The translations under genes and the position numbers were made by a program. The notes beneath the pieces were generated by a model that saw nothing but the letters and a program-made list of their open reading frames with translations, did not search any database and had not been told where the DNA came from. A stretch of DNA of 63,917 nucleotides, counting the filler, from Reticulomyxa filosa (lineage: Eukaryota; Protista; Foraminifera): assembly GCA_000512085.1 (NCBI GenBank). It is 32 parts of 32 records of this genome, joined end to end, with 100 filler letters (N's around TTAATTAATTAA, not from the genome) between each part and the next. Parts side by side here need not be neighbours in the genome. Positions count along the whole stretch, not along the records: positions 12,698 to 13,807 come from ASPP01028335.1; positions 13,908 to 15,027 come from ASPP01024373.1; positions 15,128 to 16,131 come from ASPP01045518.1; positions 16,232 to 18,309 come from ASPP01021879.1; positions 18,410 to 19,577 come from ASPP01013029.1; positions 19,678 to 20,809 come from ASPP01042967.1; positions 20,910 to 24,148 come from ASPP01023740.1; positions 24,249 to 26,281 come from ASPP01005929.1; 24 more parts are not named here. One strand, 5' to 3'. Shown here piece after piece: positions 12,698 to 24,284 of this stretch. Position 1 is the stretch's first letter; every line of letters starts with the position of its first letter.

Positions 12698-13720
12698 AAA
12701 TACCTGAAGTGAATAGATTTGTATCAATCCATGAAAGCGATAACGACATTAAAGAAACATTGGAAGATTATGGATATCAAATACAAGTGAAAAGATTCCA
12801 TAAAATGCCAATTAAAGTGATGTTATCCAAGACTGAAGATGTCAGTGAAAGTGGAACCATTTGATAGAAATAAATCGAGACCAAAGTCGCATTTCAGGCA
12901 ATGCAGAAACTGCTACATATTGAACCATATTGCTCGTGAATGCCCAAAGAAACGTAAAGTGCAAGTATTGCGGATTGGCTAATCACGAAGCAGCAAAATG
13001 CAGAAACAAGAACAATCCAAGCAAACACAAATGTGTGTTATGTAGTGGGCAACATCCAAGTAATTCTGTGCAGTGTCCACAAAAAACCAAAGAAAGAACC
13101 AATAGAAAGAAAAATAAGAAATCTGATGCTGATGAAATTTTATCTCTAAGACGTGAATTGGCAGAGATGAAATCAGCATCTCAACAATTACAATCCTTCT
13201 TGCAATCAATCAATCCAGAATTGATTCAGATGGGGATTGGTAATAGATCAATACATTGCCATTTGATTGCGACATCATGTTTGAAAAGAAAAATTGACAA
13301 TTGGATACAATCTATTAGCACAGAGACATTGGACAAAGCAGTTGAATCTTGGACCAAATGTGTTGGTATAAGGACAATATGGAAAGGCAATAAACCTTGG
13401 CGATTACGAAAGAGACAAGGAATTTAATGCTATATTTGAAACACACTTCCAAGAAGAAAAATGCGTGAATGGAAAAGAATTGGTCGCAGACATCAATTCT
13501 GAAATTCATTGGAAAAAGAGAAGACATTTGTGTTTTCGCAATCATGGAAAACGTTGTGTGTGCATTTTCAAAGTAAGAATTGCAATCAATTGCAATTCAA
13601 GAGAAAAGCAAGAAGAAACAAAGTATCACTTTCTGTTCGATATTCAAAAAAGATTACGTTTCCAATTGGAGAAACGAAAGGAAGAAATATCGAATCCTGA
13701 AACGTTTTTTTTTAGATGAA
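12698..13720 (+). mobile_element. Decayed non-LTR retrotransposon: ORF1 zinc knuckles plus ORF2 remnants
   Basis: CRNCYILNHIARECP, CKYCGLANHEAAKC, CVLCSGQHPSNSVQCP; LDKAVESWTKC..IWKGNKPW matches the 32438-33508 ORF. Confidence 0.8.
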
Positions 13721-13907
13721 AAGAATGTGCTTTGTTAAATTGACAAAAGGCAAAATATTGTAACACTCAAAATTGAACACAGTACTAAATAATACAATAC
13801 GTTACAANNNNNNNNNNNNNNNNNNNNNNNNNNNNNNNNNNNNNNNNNNNNTTAATTAATTAANNNNNNNNNNNNNNNNNNNNNNNNNNNNNNNNNNNNN
13901 NNNNNNN

Positions 13908-15027
13908 GAACATGGATCGATCTTGTTGGAGCATTTGATTGGTCTGAGCATTGATTGACCTTGTTAGAACATTCAGGTTGGAGTCCTATGTTTTAAAAAA
14001 CAAAAAAAACATAGTCATTTGTTTTATAACATTTTTATTCAAAAAACAAGAAAGAAATGATTATTTGTAAAAAAAATATACTTTGTGAGGCTACGAGTTG
14101 GAAGACTAGCAGGCCTGCGTGTTAGCCTTTTAGTTGACACTCTTGTTGGAACATTGTTTGGTAAGAGTGTTGCTAACAAAGTTTGGAGCATTGGTAGGAA
14201 CTTTGATTGGAGGACGGGTTGGTCTACGAGTTGAACTTCTTGTTGGAAAACGAGTAGGCGTCTTTGTTGGCACTTTTGTTGGATGCTGATTGGAACATTT
14301 GTTGGGACTCTATTTTGTCCATGTTCACAAAAAAAACGATTGATAAATTTTTCTGGGAGGGAAAAGAAAAAAAAACGAGTATGTACTTGGTATGACGACG
14401 AGTCGGGTAAGAGTGTTGGTAGGAACTTTGTTTCGAGGACACGAGTAGTCGTCTTTGTCGGCACTTTTGTTGGAGATCTAGTTTACATTTTTGTTTGGAC
14501 TGGATTTTGTTCATGTTTACAAAAAAATATTTTAGAAATTTGTGAGAGAAAAAAAAAGAAAAAAACAACTACGTAATTGGTGGGAGGGTCTGGTTGGAAC
14601 CTGTTGGATGTATGGTTGGAACCTGTTGGATGTATGGTTGGAATCTTTGTTAGATTTCTGGTTGGCATCTTTGTTGGGGCTCTATGTTGTTAATGTTCAC
14701 ACAAAAAAAGTTTAGAAATTTGTTGGATGAAAAGAAAAAAAAATAGACTTAATTGATATAGCTCTGGTTGGAATCTTTGCTGGACATCTCTGATTGGAAT
14801 CTTTGTTTGGGGCTCTATTTTGTCCATATTCACATAAAAATAAGTTAAACATTTGTGGGATGAAAAAGGGAAAAGTAAAAAGAGAAAAACGAATACGTAA
14901 TTGATATGACGACGAATTGGTCTACGAGTTGGTTTTCTTGTTGGTCGACGAGCTGGTTTTTTTGGTTGGCAATCTTGTTGAAATTTTGGTGGGTGCTCTT
15001 TGTTGGCGACAAGATTGGTAACAAAGT
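13908..15027 (-). pseudogene. Pro/Thr-rich (mucin-like, PTxxPT) gene remnant built from repeated exon+intron modules
   Basis: PTNVPT/PTKIPT/PTRRP repeats interrupted four times by similar introns ending ...gtgaacatggacaaaatag; frameshifts present. Confidence 0.55.
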
Positions 15028-15841
15028 NNNNNNNNNNNNNNNNNNNNNNNNNNNNNNNNNNNNNNNNNNNNTTAATTAATTAANNNNNNNNNNNNNNNNN
15101 NNNNNNNNNNNNNNNNNNNNNNNNNNNTGGTGAAAACACTATCTCATGTATTTGAAAGTGGAAGCAGGAACCGGTAAAAATTGTTGTTTCTCATAACTCT
15201 TCCAGCCATAGCGTTATCTTTTTTCATTTGCTCTTTTTCATGAAATAACTATTTCATTACAATTGCTTTTTTTTTTTCATTTGTATTTGAATTCAAAGTT
15301 TATCTATTACTTTTCCATTGCCAAATTTATTAAATGTGTTTCTTTTTTTGTCAATGAAATAATATTTTATTCAAAAACAAATTAAAATTATAATGACTTT
15401 AAAAGAATTTTTTTTGTTGAATAACAAAATTATGTGAATGAATAATTAGACCATGTTTGTGATAATCATTTTAAATCAAGTTGTTTTTTTTAAATTCTCT
15501 TTTCATAGCTTTATATGAATTAATCATTCAAGTATTGCGTTTTGCTATTTCGTCCACATAAATTAATATCATTTAGTTTATTTTTATTGAAAATCGATAT
15601 TGCTTTCAAAGATTATCCAATTTATGTACATTTTACTTTTTTTTTTGTGCTCCTATTTTTGTTGTTGGTCCAAATTATTTATTCATTCAAAATAAAACAT
15701 CAAATATGAATTGCAGCTATTCAATTTCCATCTCAAAGTACTTCAATTTCTAACTTTAAAAATAATTTGAAACCGACAAAATAAAGATCATTTAAAAACA
15801 AAAATCATTGAAAAAATTGGAAAATAAAGAAATAAATCAAA

Positions 15842-16131
15842 TTATTTGTGAAGTCTATTAAATGGTTTTGGATCAATTTTTAAAATATCATCTGATGATA
15901 ACTCAATACCATAAATTGCAATTCTTCCTTTTCCACCACTATATCTTCCACTTCCTCCAATACATGTGATAGTTCCAAACGTTTGTTCCAATTTATTTAA
16001 ATGAGATTGAGATTGACATTGCAATTCAATCAATATTAATCCTCCACTTCCACCACCATCATACTTATATCCATCCTCTCCATTGGATTGAATCGATCCA
16101 TGATTGATCAATTGTTGTTCAATTATCAGTT
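15842..16131 (-). CDS. C-terminal fragment of a Gly-rich family protein
   Basis: INHGSIQSNG..GGGSGGLILIEL..FGTITCIGG..GGKGRIAIY; paralog at 33881-34254. Confidence 0.7.
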
Positions 16132-16246
16132 NNNNNNNNNNNNNNNNNNNNNNNNNNNNNNNNNNNNNNNNNNNNTTAATTAATTAANNNNNNNNNNNNN
16201 NNNNNNNNNNNNNNNNNNNNNNNNNNNNNNNTAAAATAAAAAAGGG

Positions 16247-16992
16247 ATGGAATGCCAATGGCACCAAATGAATGCATGCAAACAAGTCTCAGCTCTTCGA
16301 AAATGTTTAAGTGTAATGACGACAATAGCGGTGTTAATGTTCTGACATTTGCTACGCCAGGTGTTTTTTTTTTTTTAATTGATATCTAAAAAATAAAAAA
16401 AATAAAAAAAAAAAACGTAAACATGCATATACACCTATGTACAGATTGCACTGGCTCAAATAATTCCAGTTCCCTGGATGGTCCCTTTAATTGCATAGGA
16501 ACCACTTACTTGTGCTTTGCAGAGTATATCAAATATGAAAATCCTGATCCTACAGAGCAATGCCTTCAATCAACCGATACCATTGTCTCGCGCCAGATCT
16601 ATTCGGTTGCATGTGGAACCGATTATTCATTCAGATCTACCATGGTGACTTGCGAAAATGAAATTCTTACTTTCAGCTTGTTACGTATAAAAAATTTAAA
16701 AAATAAAAAAATAAATAAAAAGTTGACTTTGAAATATTTTGTAAACAAACTTATTTGGGGGGGGGTTACAAATAACTACAACAGCCTCGATGAAGCCTCT
16801 TGTACCTCTTACGCTTCCAGCAATAACACACTCCAATATACTAGTGGCTGCAAAGAAGACGATAATAATGAGTACTATCAGTACAAAGTCATTTGTCCGA
16901 CGGGTGACAATGGTGTTTCCTCTGTTGTCCGCTTTGTACCTTATTGGATTCATGCTTTTCTTATTGCTTTTGTTTTTGTTTCTCTCTTTTGA
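16247..16992 (+). CDS. Cys-rich surface protein with hydrophobic C-terminus (GPI-signal-like), 5'-truncated
   Basis: At least three exons with many Cys; ends GDNGVSSVVRFVPYWIHAFLIAFVFVSLF-stop. Confidence 0.6.
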
Positions 16993-18034
16993 TGTCACAT
17001 TTTTCTCTAAATAAATAATCAGTTCATTTTTTCTGTTTTTTTGTTTTGCCGAACAGGGAAATTAATAATAGTTTTGAAAACAATTATCCAAAAAATCACT
17101 ATCAAGTCACACTTCACTAGCTTGCTTTTTTTTTTTTGCACAAGCCAACAAGTTTTCTTACAATGTAAAAAAAAAGAAGGACATTCTGCTAGTGTACCCA
17201 CATAATCTTTGTGGATGTCTGCTGAAAAGAACTGTACTACATCTTAAGGCACAAGACTTTAAAAAGACATCATCTCTTTCTGTTGTCGCTTTGGAGCAAA
17301 GCAAAGCTACATTTCTTTAAAAACTTACCTAACATGTCTTAGTGATCTCCACAAAAACGAATGGATCATTTTTTATGACCACAGAGGTAAGATTATTAAT
17401 GCGACACCAAAGTATATCAAGTTGCAAATCTTTAATACATTATTGATTTCTTTCAATTCTGCTACTTTAAAAATAGAAAATAAATTATCTCAACATCCAA
17501 ATATATTTTAAATACATGTTTAAATTGATGTTACCTTGTGATGATATTCTTGAAGGTAAAAATTGGCCAAAAAAATTTGATAATTTGAAAACTAGAATAT
17601 GCAAATGTTGTGGATATATTATTTCGCATTTTTTAAACAAAGAAGTCAAAATTGAATATAAAAAAAAATCTTTTCTAAAGAAAGGGTCATCCTCAAAAAT
17701 CTACTTAAAAAAAACTTTAGAACTGACTGAAATTTTTGTCCACCTTTTTTTTAACAAAACTCAAATAGGTTTTTTTTGTGCAACAATAAGTTGTAAATTA
17801 TATTGAGTCTCTTAGCTTTTTCCTAAAAAAGGGTAAAATGGTTTTAAAAAACTTGGATCCATATATGACTTACACAAAATTGTTTTGCAACTTTGAGCAA
17901 ACTCCAGCAGTGACGCAACAGCTCAACAGCAAGTCTTTTGTTAAATTCTCAATACTTTGCAATTTTCAAAAATAATTAAAAACATTTAGCTAAAAAAAAA
18001 TAATGATAAAATATTGAAATAATTATAAAAGATT

Positions 18035-18169
18035 TAATAAAAAATCAGAACGATATTTAAAAAGTATACGATTTGTAGATATTTAAAAAAAATTAAGTCT
18101 GGATGTTGTTTTTTCATATAGAAAATCAATCATCTCTATAAGGTGTCAACTTTACTTTCCATTATACTG
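18035..18169 (-). mobile_element. Tc1/mariner-type terminal repeat (TA|CAGTA family)
   Basis: Reverse complement starts TA|CAGTATA and shares ATTGATTTTCT..ATGAAAAA..AACAT..AAATATCTAC with 48152 and 49358. Confidence 0.7.
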
Positions 18170-18639
18170 TAGTTGTTATTTTCATCATATTCAATTAATA
18201 ATCTTGTATCTTTTCAAAACAACAGCATTCAATATATTTTTTTTCTTTTATCTTTTTCTTCATATTTGACAAATTGAAATGTGTTTAAATCAAACCCACT
18301 AATATTGTCNNNNNNNNNNNNNNNNNNNNNNNNNNNNNNNNNNNNNNNNNNNNTTAATTAATTAANNNNNNNNNNNNNNNNNNNNNNNNNNNNNNNNNNN
18401 NNNNNNNNNTTTTTGTTTGACAAGATACTTGTTATTTTACAAAAAAAAAAAAAGAGGGAACGAAGGAAGGGGGACAGAGGACCAAAAAAATACACAAATA
18501 CAAGGAACGAAAGTTCCCACTGTTTTGTGTTATGTGTGTGATGCATAAAATCTCTTTGCTCCCCTCTTTCCTCGAGGGACTTGTATAATCATAATCCTGC
18601 ATATGCATATATACATATATAATATACAAATATATATGT

Positions 18640-19500
18640 ATGTGGAATGAGTGTAGTGGCAAAAGACAAAACCAGACCCGGGACAATACATCGACTATAC
18701 AAAAGTGAACGGTCGTTATTTGCGTATGTATCCGGACGTATACGTGTTTTACTTGGTCTTGTTCTTCACTTTGTTGGGTGGCTTTGTGGGCCGACAATCC
18801 ATGACATTCCGTCGCTTAATGAGGACCGCTATTCTTCACGTTGTCGTTCCTGAAACGTTATATCTAATCTTATATACATATACATAAATATGCATATTTA
18901 TGTGTGTTTTGTACATTAAAAAAAGAATCTTTGAAGCAAATCACTCTCAATCACAACAAAAAAAAATAAATAAATAGAAAACTAAATTCAGCCACATCAA
19001 TACTTGTCACAGTTGGACAAGTGCTGATATGGATAACATTCAGTCTGCTGTTTGTGTACGAGTTCATATTTTGGCGCTGGTATCACAACTTTGATGGGGT
19101 GAACACATATTTCGACGGTGAAAACGACAGCGCTCCGTTGGGCAAAAAGGATGTCGCCAATTACAGTCGAGTGTTTGGAATACTTGCCACTATTGCCTGC
19201 GGATTGTTGCTCATTCCGGTCTCTCGCTGCAATGCCATTGTCACCGATTGCTTCGGAATCAGCTTTGAAAGCGCCGTCAAATTCCACCGATGGTTACATT
19301 TCCAACCCCCTTTTCTCTCCCTCTCTCTCTTTTTCACTCCCCCCCCCTTTTTTTTGTTAAAAAAAATTTATTTGCGCATGCACTCACTCTGACGCACGCA
19401 CATGCACAGGCTTGGAGGCTTGTTTTTGGTTTTTTCGGGATTGCATATTGTTTTAACTGCTTGTCGCATTTTGGCAGTCCAAATTAATCAATGGAACTGT
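18640..19500 (+). CDS. Ferric reductase/NOX-family transmembrane domain, partial
   Basis: RVFGILATIACGLLLIPVSR...FGISFESAVKFHRW|LG...LH is the typical ferric reductase heme-binding region. Confidence 0.82.
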
Positions 19501-19677
19501 ATGTTCTCTTTCCAATACATATGCATATATATAATTTTTTTTTTTTTTTTTTTTTTTTAATTAAAAAAAAAAAAAAANNNNNNNNNNNNNNNNNNNNNNN
19601 NNNNNNNNNNNNNNNNNNNNNTTAATTAATTAANNNNNNNNNNNNNNNNNNNNNNNNNNNNNNNNNNNNNNNNNNNN

Positions 19678-20809
19678 CACATTCAGAAATTCGAATATTA
19701 AAACCTCCACAATTAAAAGGAGTAAACGAAGAACAAATTAATTTTCAAAAAGATATTTTATTAAAATTGATTAAATTTGTATATGATCAACTTTGTAAAT
19801 TCAATCCAAAGGAAATGAAAGGCAAGGCTATTTATGTGATTTTATTTGAATTTTTCAAAAAACACATTATGGGTGAAATGAATCCTGCAAGTTGTATTGA
19901 TGTTATATCAATATTAAAAGAATCAAGAAAACAAGAATTAGAAGAAGATACAACTATATTGCAAGCCCTTGAAACATATATACCATTGCAAGCAAACCAT
20001 TATCCATACATTGATAGTGATGATAATGAAAAAAATGATTCATATGATTGCCACCAACACCTAATTAATTTGTTAGTTGAACAAAAAGAAGAAAAAAAAG
20101 ATAATCAACAAAAACAACAAGCGATTGTATTGCAAGGAAAATCAGGATCAGGAAAAAGTTTATTTTGTCGTCATTTAGAAGAAGCATTATGGGAATTATA
20201 TGCAAACGATTCTTCAATATCGATTCCTGTTTATATTTCATTACCAAAATGTTATAGTGAATTAAATGAAAAACAAATCATTTCTCAAGCATTGCAAATG
20301 AAACAAATTAATAAAGAGATTATTGATATTATTCGTGAAAACATTTCATTTGTGTTTATATTGGATGGATTTGATGAAATATTTGACAAATACAATAAAA
20401 ACGATAATGATAAAAGATATTTTTATGACCGATTCAATTTAAATGAATGGAATGCAAAAATTCTAGTCAGTTGTCGAAGCCATGTATTAAGTGATGGAGA
20501 TATTACACAGGTTTTAATTGGCTCAAAGGACTTAATAACAACATCCATGACATATTTGTGGCCTTTTTCAAAAGAACAAATGAATGGATATATCGACAAG
20601 TTTGTGAAAATGAATAAAAAAAATAAAATGAATGATAATCAGGATTGGACAATACAACAATATGAAGAAACATTAAAAAATTATTCAAATTTAAATAAAA
20701 TGATGGAAGAACCATTTTTACTTCGAATGATATTAACTGTATTACCATTATTGATGAAACAGCACCCAATTGGAACTAAAATATCAAAAGCACAAATTTA
20801 TGAAGCATT
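19678..20809 (+). CDS. NACHT-domain (STAND) NTPase, internal fragment
   Basis: Walker A VLQGKSGSGKS, IPVYISL, Walker B FVFILDGFDE, ILVSCR, LWPFS..Q..YI, EPFLLRMI; open across the contig. Confidence 0.9.
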
Positions 20810-21151
20810 NNNNNNNNNNNNNNNNNNNNNNNNNNNNNNNNNNNNNNNNNNNNTTAATTAATTAANNNNNNNNNNNNNNNNNNNNNNNNNNNNNNNNNNN
20901 NNNNNNNNNGAAGGGGATGAGAGCATTTTTTTTTTTGCGGGTCTTTTTTGTTCAGTGTTTCATTCAAGAATGTTGCAAATCAAAATTTGACTATTAATAA
21001 AAACTTTCGCTTTCACTTTTACAAGAAGTGATAATTTTTGAGCGGGCACAATATAAAAGTAGGAGTAGGAGGGGGGGAGTACAGTATATATATATATATA
21101 AATAATTTAATAAAAAAATATCATATATCATATCATATAATATCAAAAGAA

Positions 21152-22466
21152 ATGGAGACTGAAGCATCAGCCCAAAAGCAACAACAGCGAGAAGATGAAG
21201 AAAAAGAAGAAGAAGAAGAAGCTTCCTCAAATTCGGAAGACATTGAACGGGAACCAGAAAGCGAAGAGAACAAGTTGTTGGTGCTGATAGGAACGTACCA
21301 CAACGCATTTGCGGAGTTTGACTTTGACTTGAGTACAGGCGAGTGCAAGCGGCGTTGGGTGGACACGAGCGCGACGCGAAGCGTGAAGTGTGTAGCAAGC
21401 AATGGATACTTTGCGGCATGTGGAGGACAGGACGAGGTGGTTCGAGTGATGAACGTGGTGACGAGGAAGCATTTGGGCGTGTTGCACGAGCATACGAACA
21501 CAGTGACGTCGTTATCATTTTTTAAGAGCACGCACATGATAAGTTCGAGCGAGGACGGGACGATTAACATTTGGCAAATCGGAGCAAAGAAGAATTGGGA
21601 CGTGGTGTGCACGTTGCATTGCACGCACGCCACGTCGGACTCGAACGTGACGCCGAGCGTGCTGGACTGCAGCTTGCATCCGAGTGGACGTCTGTTGTTG
21701 TCAATCGACAATCAGTCGCAAATGAAAGTGTGGGACCTCGTGCGAGGACGTTGCATCGTTACTGTGCAAATGCCATTGCCGGCATTTCGCATCGAGTACT
21801 CACCCGACGGTCTGTCATACGCCGTCGTGCGCACGAACAAAGTGCTTGTGTACGACTATAAGGGTAACTTGTATCGTGTTTTTAAGAATAAGTATTATCA
21901 TACAAATATTCATACAAATATATCATCATCGTCGCCATCGGAGATTGTTCAAAAGTTTCAAGAAATCAAATACGAAATTGTCGCTTTCACTTACATCTTG
22001 CATGATTTAATTGCCATCGCTGATTTGACTGGCATGATCTCCATTTATGACTTGCAGTCCAAACAGTGCATGTTCCAACTATCTGGCCATATCAATACCA
22101 AAGATGATAAACAGGAAAATAATAGTCATGATAATCATGGTACTGATAGTACTGCTGCTGCTGCTGCTGGTGGTGGTGGTGGTGGTGCGGAGGAGAAAAT
22201 ACAACTTCACACCACTCAACAACAGACTCATATCTCTGCTCATGCGAAATTGCGCGGCCTCAAAGTGTGCAACCTCCGTGATGTCACCTACTTGGTCAGT
22301 GCCGACAATCAGGGGCGCATCAGCATCTATGACATCAACGATTGCTTGACCAATATTGTCAAGTTTGCGTCGCAAGACGATCATGACGATGATAATGATG
22401 ACGATGACGATGACGACGATAATAATAATAATAATGATAATAATAATAATGATAATAATAATAATG

Positions 22467-22504
<38 letters not shown>

Positions 22505-23065
22505 GATGAAGAGAAAGAACAGAAATCAGTCGAAGAAAAACAAAAAGAGAAGGAAAATGAGGAAGAGTTTGATTTTGATTCAATTCCGGATGACAAGCTC
22601 AAAGAAATGATTGCAGCCATTAGTAGCAACGAAGAAGAAGAAGAAGAAGAAGAAGAAGAAGAAGAAAAAGATAATAATAAAAAAGGTGCTAACAAGAAAA
22701 ATAAAAATAAAAAGGATGCAATTGAACGCAATGAATTTGGAATGATAATGTTTCCCCCGCTCATGCAGGTCGACACTGAAACAATGATCACTTGCTTGGA
22801 TGTTGCTTTGTATGGAAAACTCAATATTCGCTACAAATGGATTCGATCCAAACACGATCGAAAACGAAAACTTAGCGAAATGCTGAGCGATGAGGTCGAC
22901 CCTTCCACCAACTCCAAATCCAATGATACCTCTGTCGACATGGCAGAAGACGATAGTCAACCCGGCACTGCCAAGCAGAAGAACCAAGGCAAACACAAAA
23001 ATAAAAGTAAGAAGAAAAAGAAAAAGCCCAATGTTCGTGATATCGACCTGAGCAAATTTGATTAG
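21152..23065 (+). CDS. PAK1IP1: MAK11/PAK1IP1-like WD40 ribosome-biogenesis factor
   Basis: IGTYH, SVKCVASNG..ACGGQDE, HLGVLHEHTNTVTSLSF, LHPSGRLLLSI..MKVWDLVRGR, DTETMITCL, Lys-rich tail. The start may lie in an upstream exon. Confidence 0.8.
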
Positions 23066-23376
23066 TTTTTTTTTTTTGTTCCTTCGGCTAATCCACATTT
23101 CTCTTTCTTTGATGTGTTTGAGTTATGACTTTATACTGTAAAAAAAAAAAAAAAAACGAAACCATTGTGTTCGAAAAGAATTATTCTGATTTTATGATTT
23201 TGCAAAGAAGAGCTTCAATGCCAATTTTATTTTATTTTTTTGCAAATTATTTTAATAACAAAACATACACCTATTTTTTCCTCGCTCGTCTCTATCAATA
23301 TTTATTCTAGTTTTGGAAAGTTCCTCTTTTCCCACTCAACACAGACCCCTTTCTTAATCATCCATTATCTATGTAA

Positions 23377-24100
23377 ATGTCATTAATATTTTCTCGAACC
23401 AAGAGTCGATTCAAAACAGCTCTGTTCTATTGTCCGCAGCGCCATTTCAAAGTAGGCCTGCGATATCAAGGTTATGTGTCGCATGTAAATCCGGAAAACG
23501 GGTTTGGTTTTATAGTGCCCGAGGACGACCCAAAGAAGGAGTTTCAGTTCCGCACGGAAAGCATAGTGGCAACAAATACGAAATTAGTCCGGTAAGAGAA
23601 AGCTGCATGTGTGCATATATATTACGTATAAAAGTTGTGTAACAAAAGTAGTTTATTTGAAACAAAATAAACAAAAAAAAACAACATAACAATAGACCAT
23701 TTCAAAGAGTGGAGTTTGAAGTAGTAAGCATCGGCAGTGGCGAGTGCGGGATTGCGAGCGAGATATCGTTATTAGGCTATAAGCCAATCAGTTACCAGCA
23801 CGACAACTTGCAATTGCCGCACAGCGAGCGCACGAAGCGATTGAGTGCGATCGAGCCGCACTCCCCAATGGCGCGTTACACGGGCGTATTTCTGGGCTTT
23901 GACTCGAAGCGAAGCAGCACGCACACGTATCATCGTATGGGCCACATCGTGCCCGACCTCGTGCATTACGACCGCGTCAAGTTCCGTAGCGACGAGCTGC
24001 AGACCACGGGAACGGAGCACTTGCAGCGCTTTAGCGAGGTGGAATTCTACGTCCGGCCCGGACAACCTGGGTCATTGGATTGGGCTGTCAATGTTTCGTC
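23377..24100 (+). CDS. Tandem cold-shock-domain protein with a putative mitochondrial presequence, 3'-truncated
   Basis: YQGYVSHVNPENGFGFIVP...VEFEV and YTGVFLGFD..GHIVP..VEFYV..AVNV; GT-AG intron 23592-23696 joins the exons in frame; basic N-terminus with no acidic residues. Confidence 0.7.
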
Positions 24101-24284
24101 TGAAAGACCATTTATGTTGCGTTTTTTGCGAACCTGTTTTTTTTTTTTNNNNNNNNNNNNNNNNNNNNNNNNNNNNNNNNNNNNNNNNNNNNTTAATTAA
24201 TTAANNNNNNNNNNNNNNNNNNNNNNNNNNNNNNNNNNNNNNNNNNNNAAAAAAAAAAAAAAAAAAAAAAAAAGAAATGTAGTT

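Noticed and set aside
16678-16785. Apparent non-canonical intron in the Cys-rich gene
   Set aside because: A canonical TT|GTTACG...CAACAG|C splice restores the frame.
20994-23098. Many antisense or alternate-frame ORFs over the MAK11-like gene (likewise at 30096-31082 and 56379-56912)
   Set aside because: By-products of trinucleotide repeats and GC-rich codons in a real gene.
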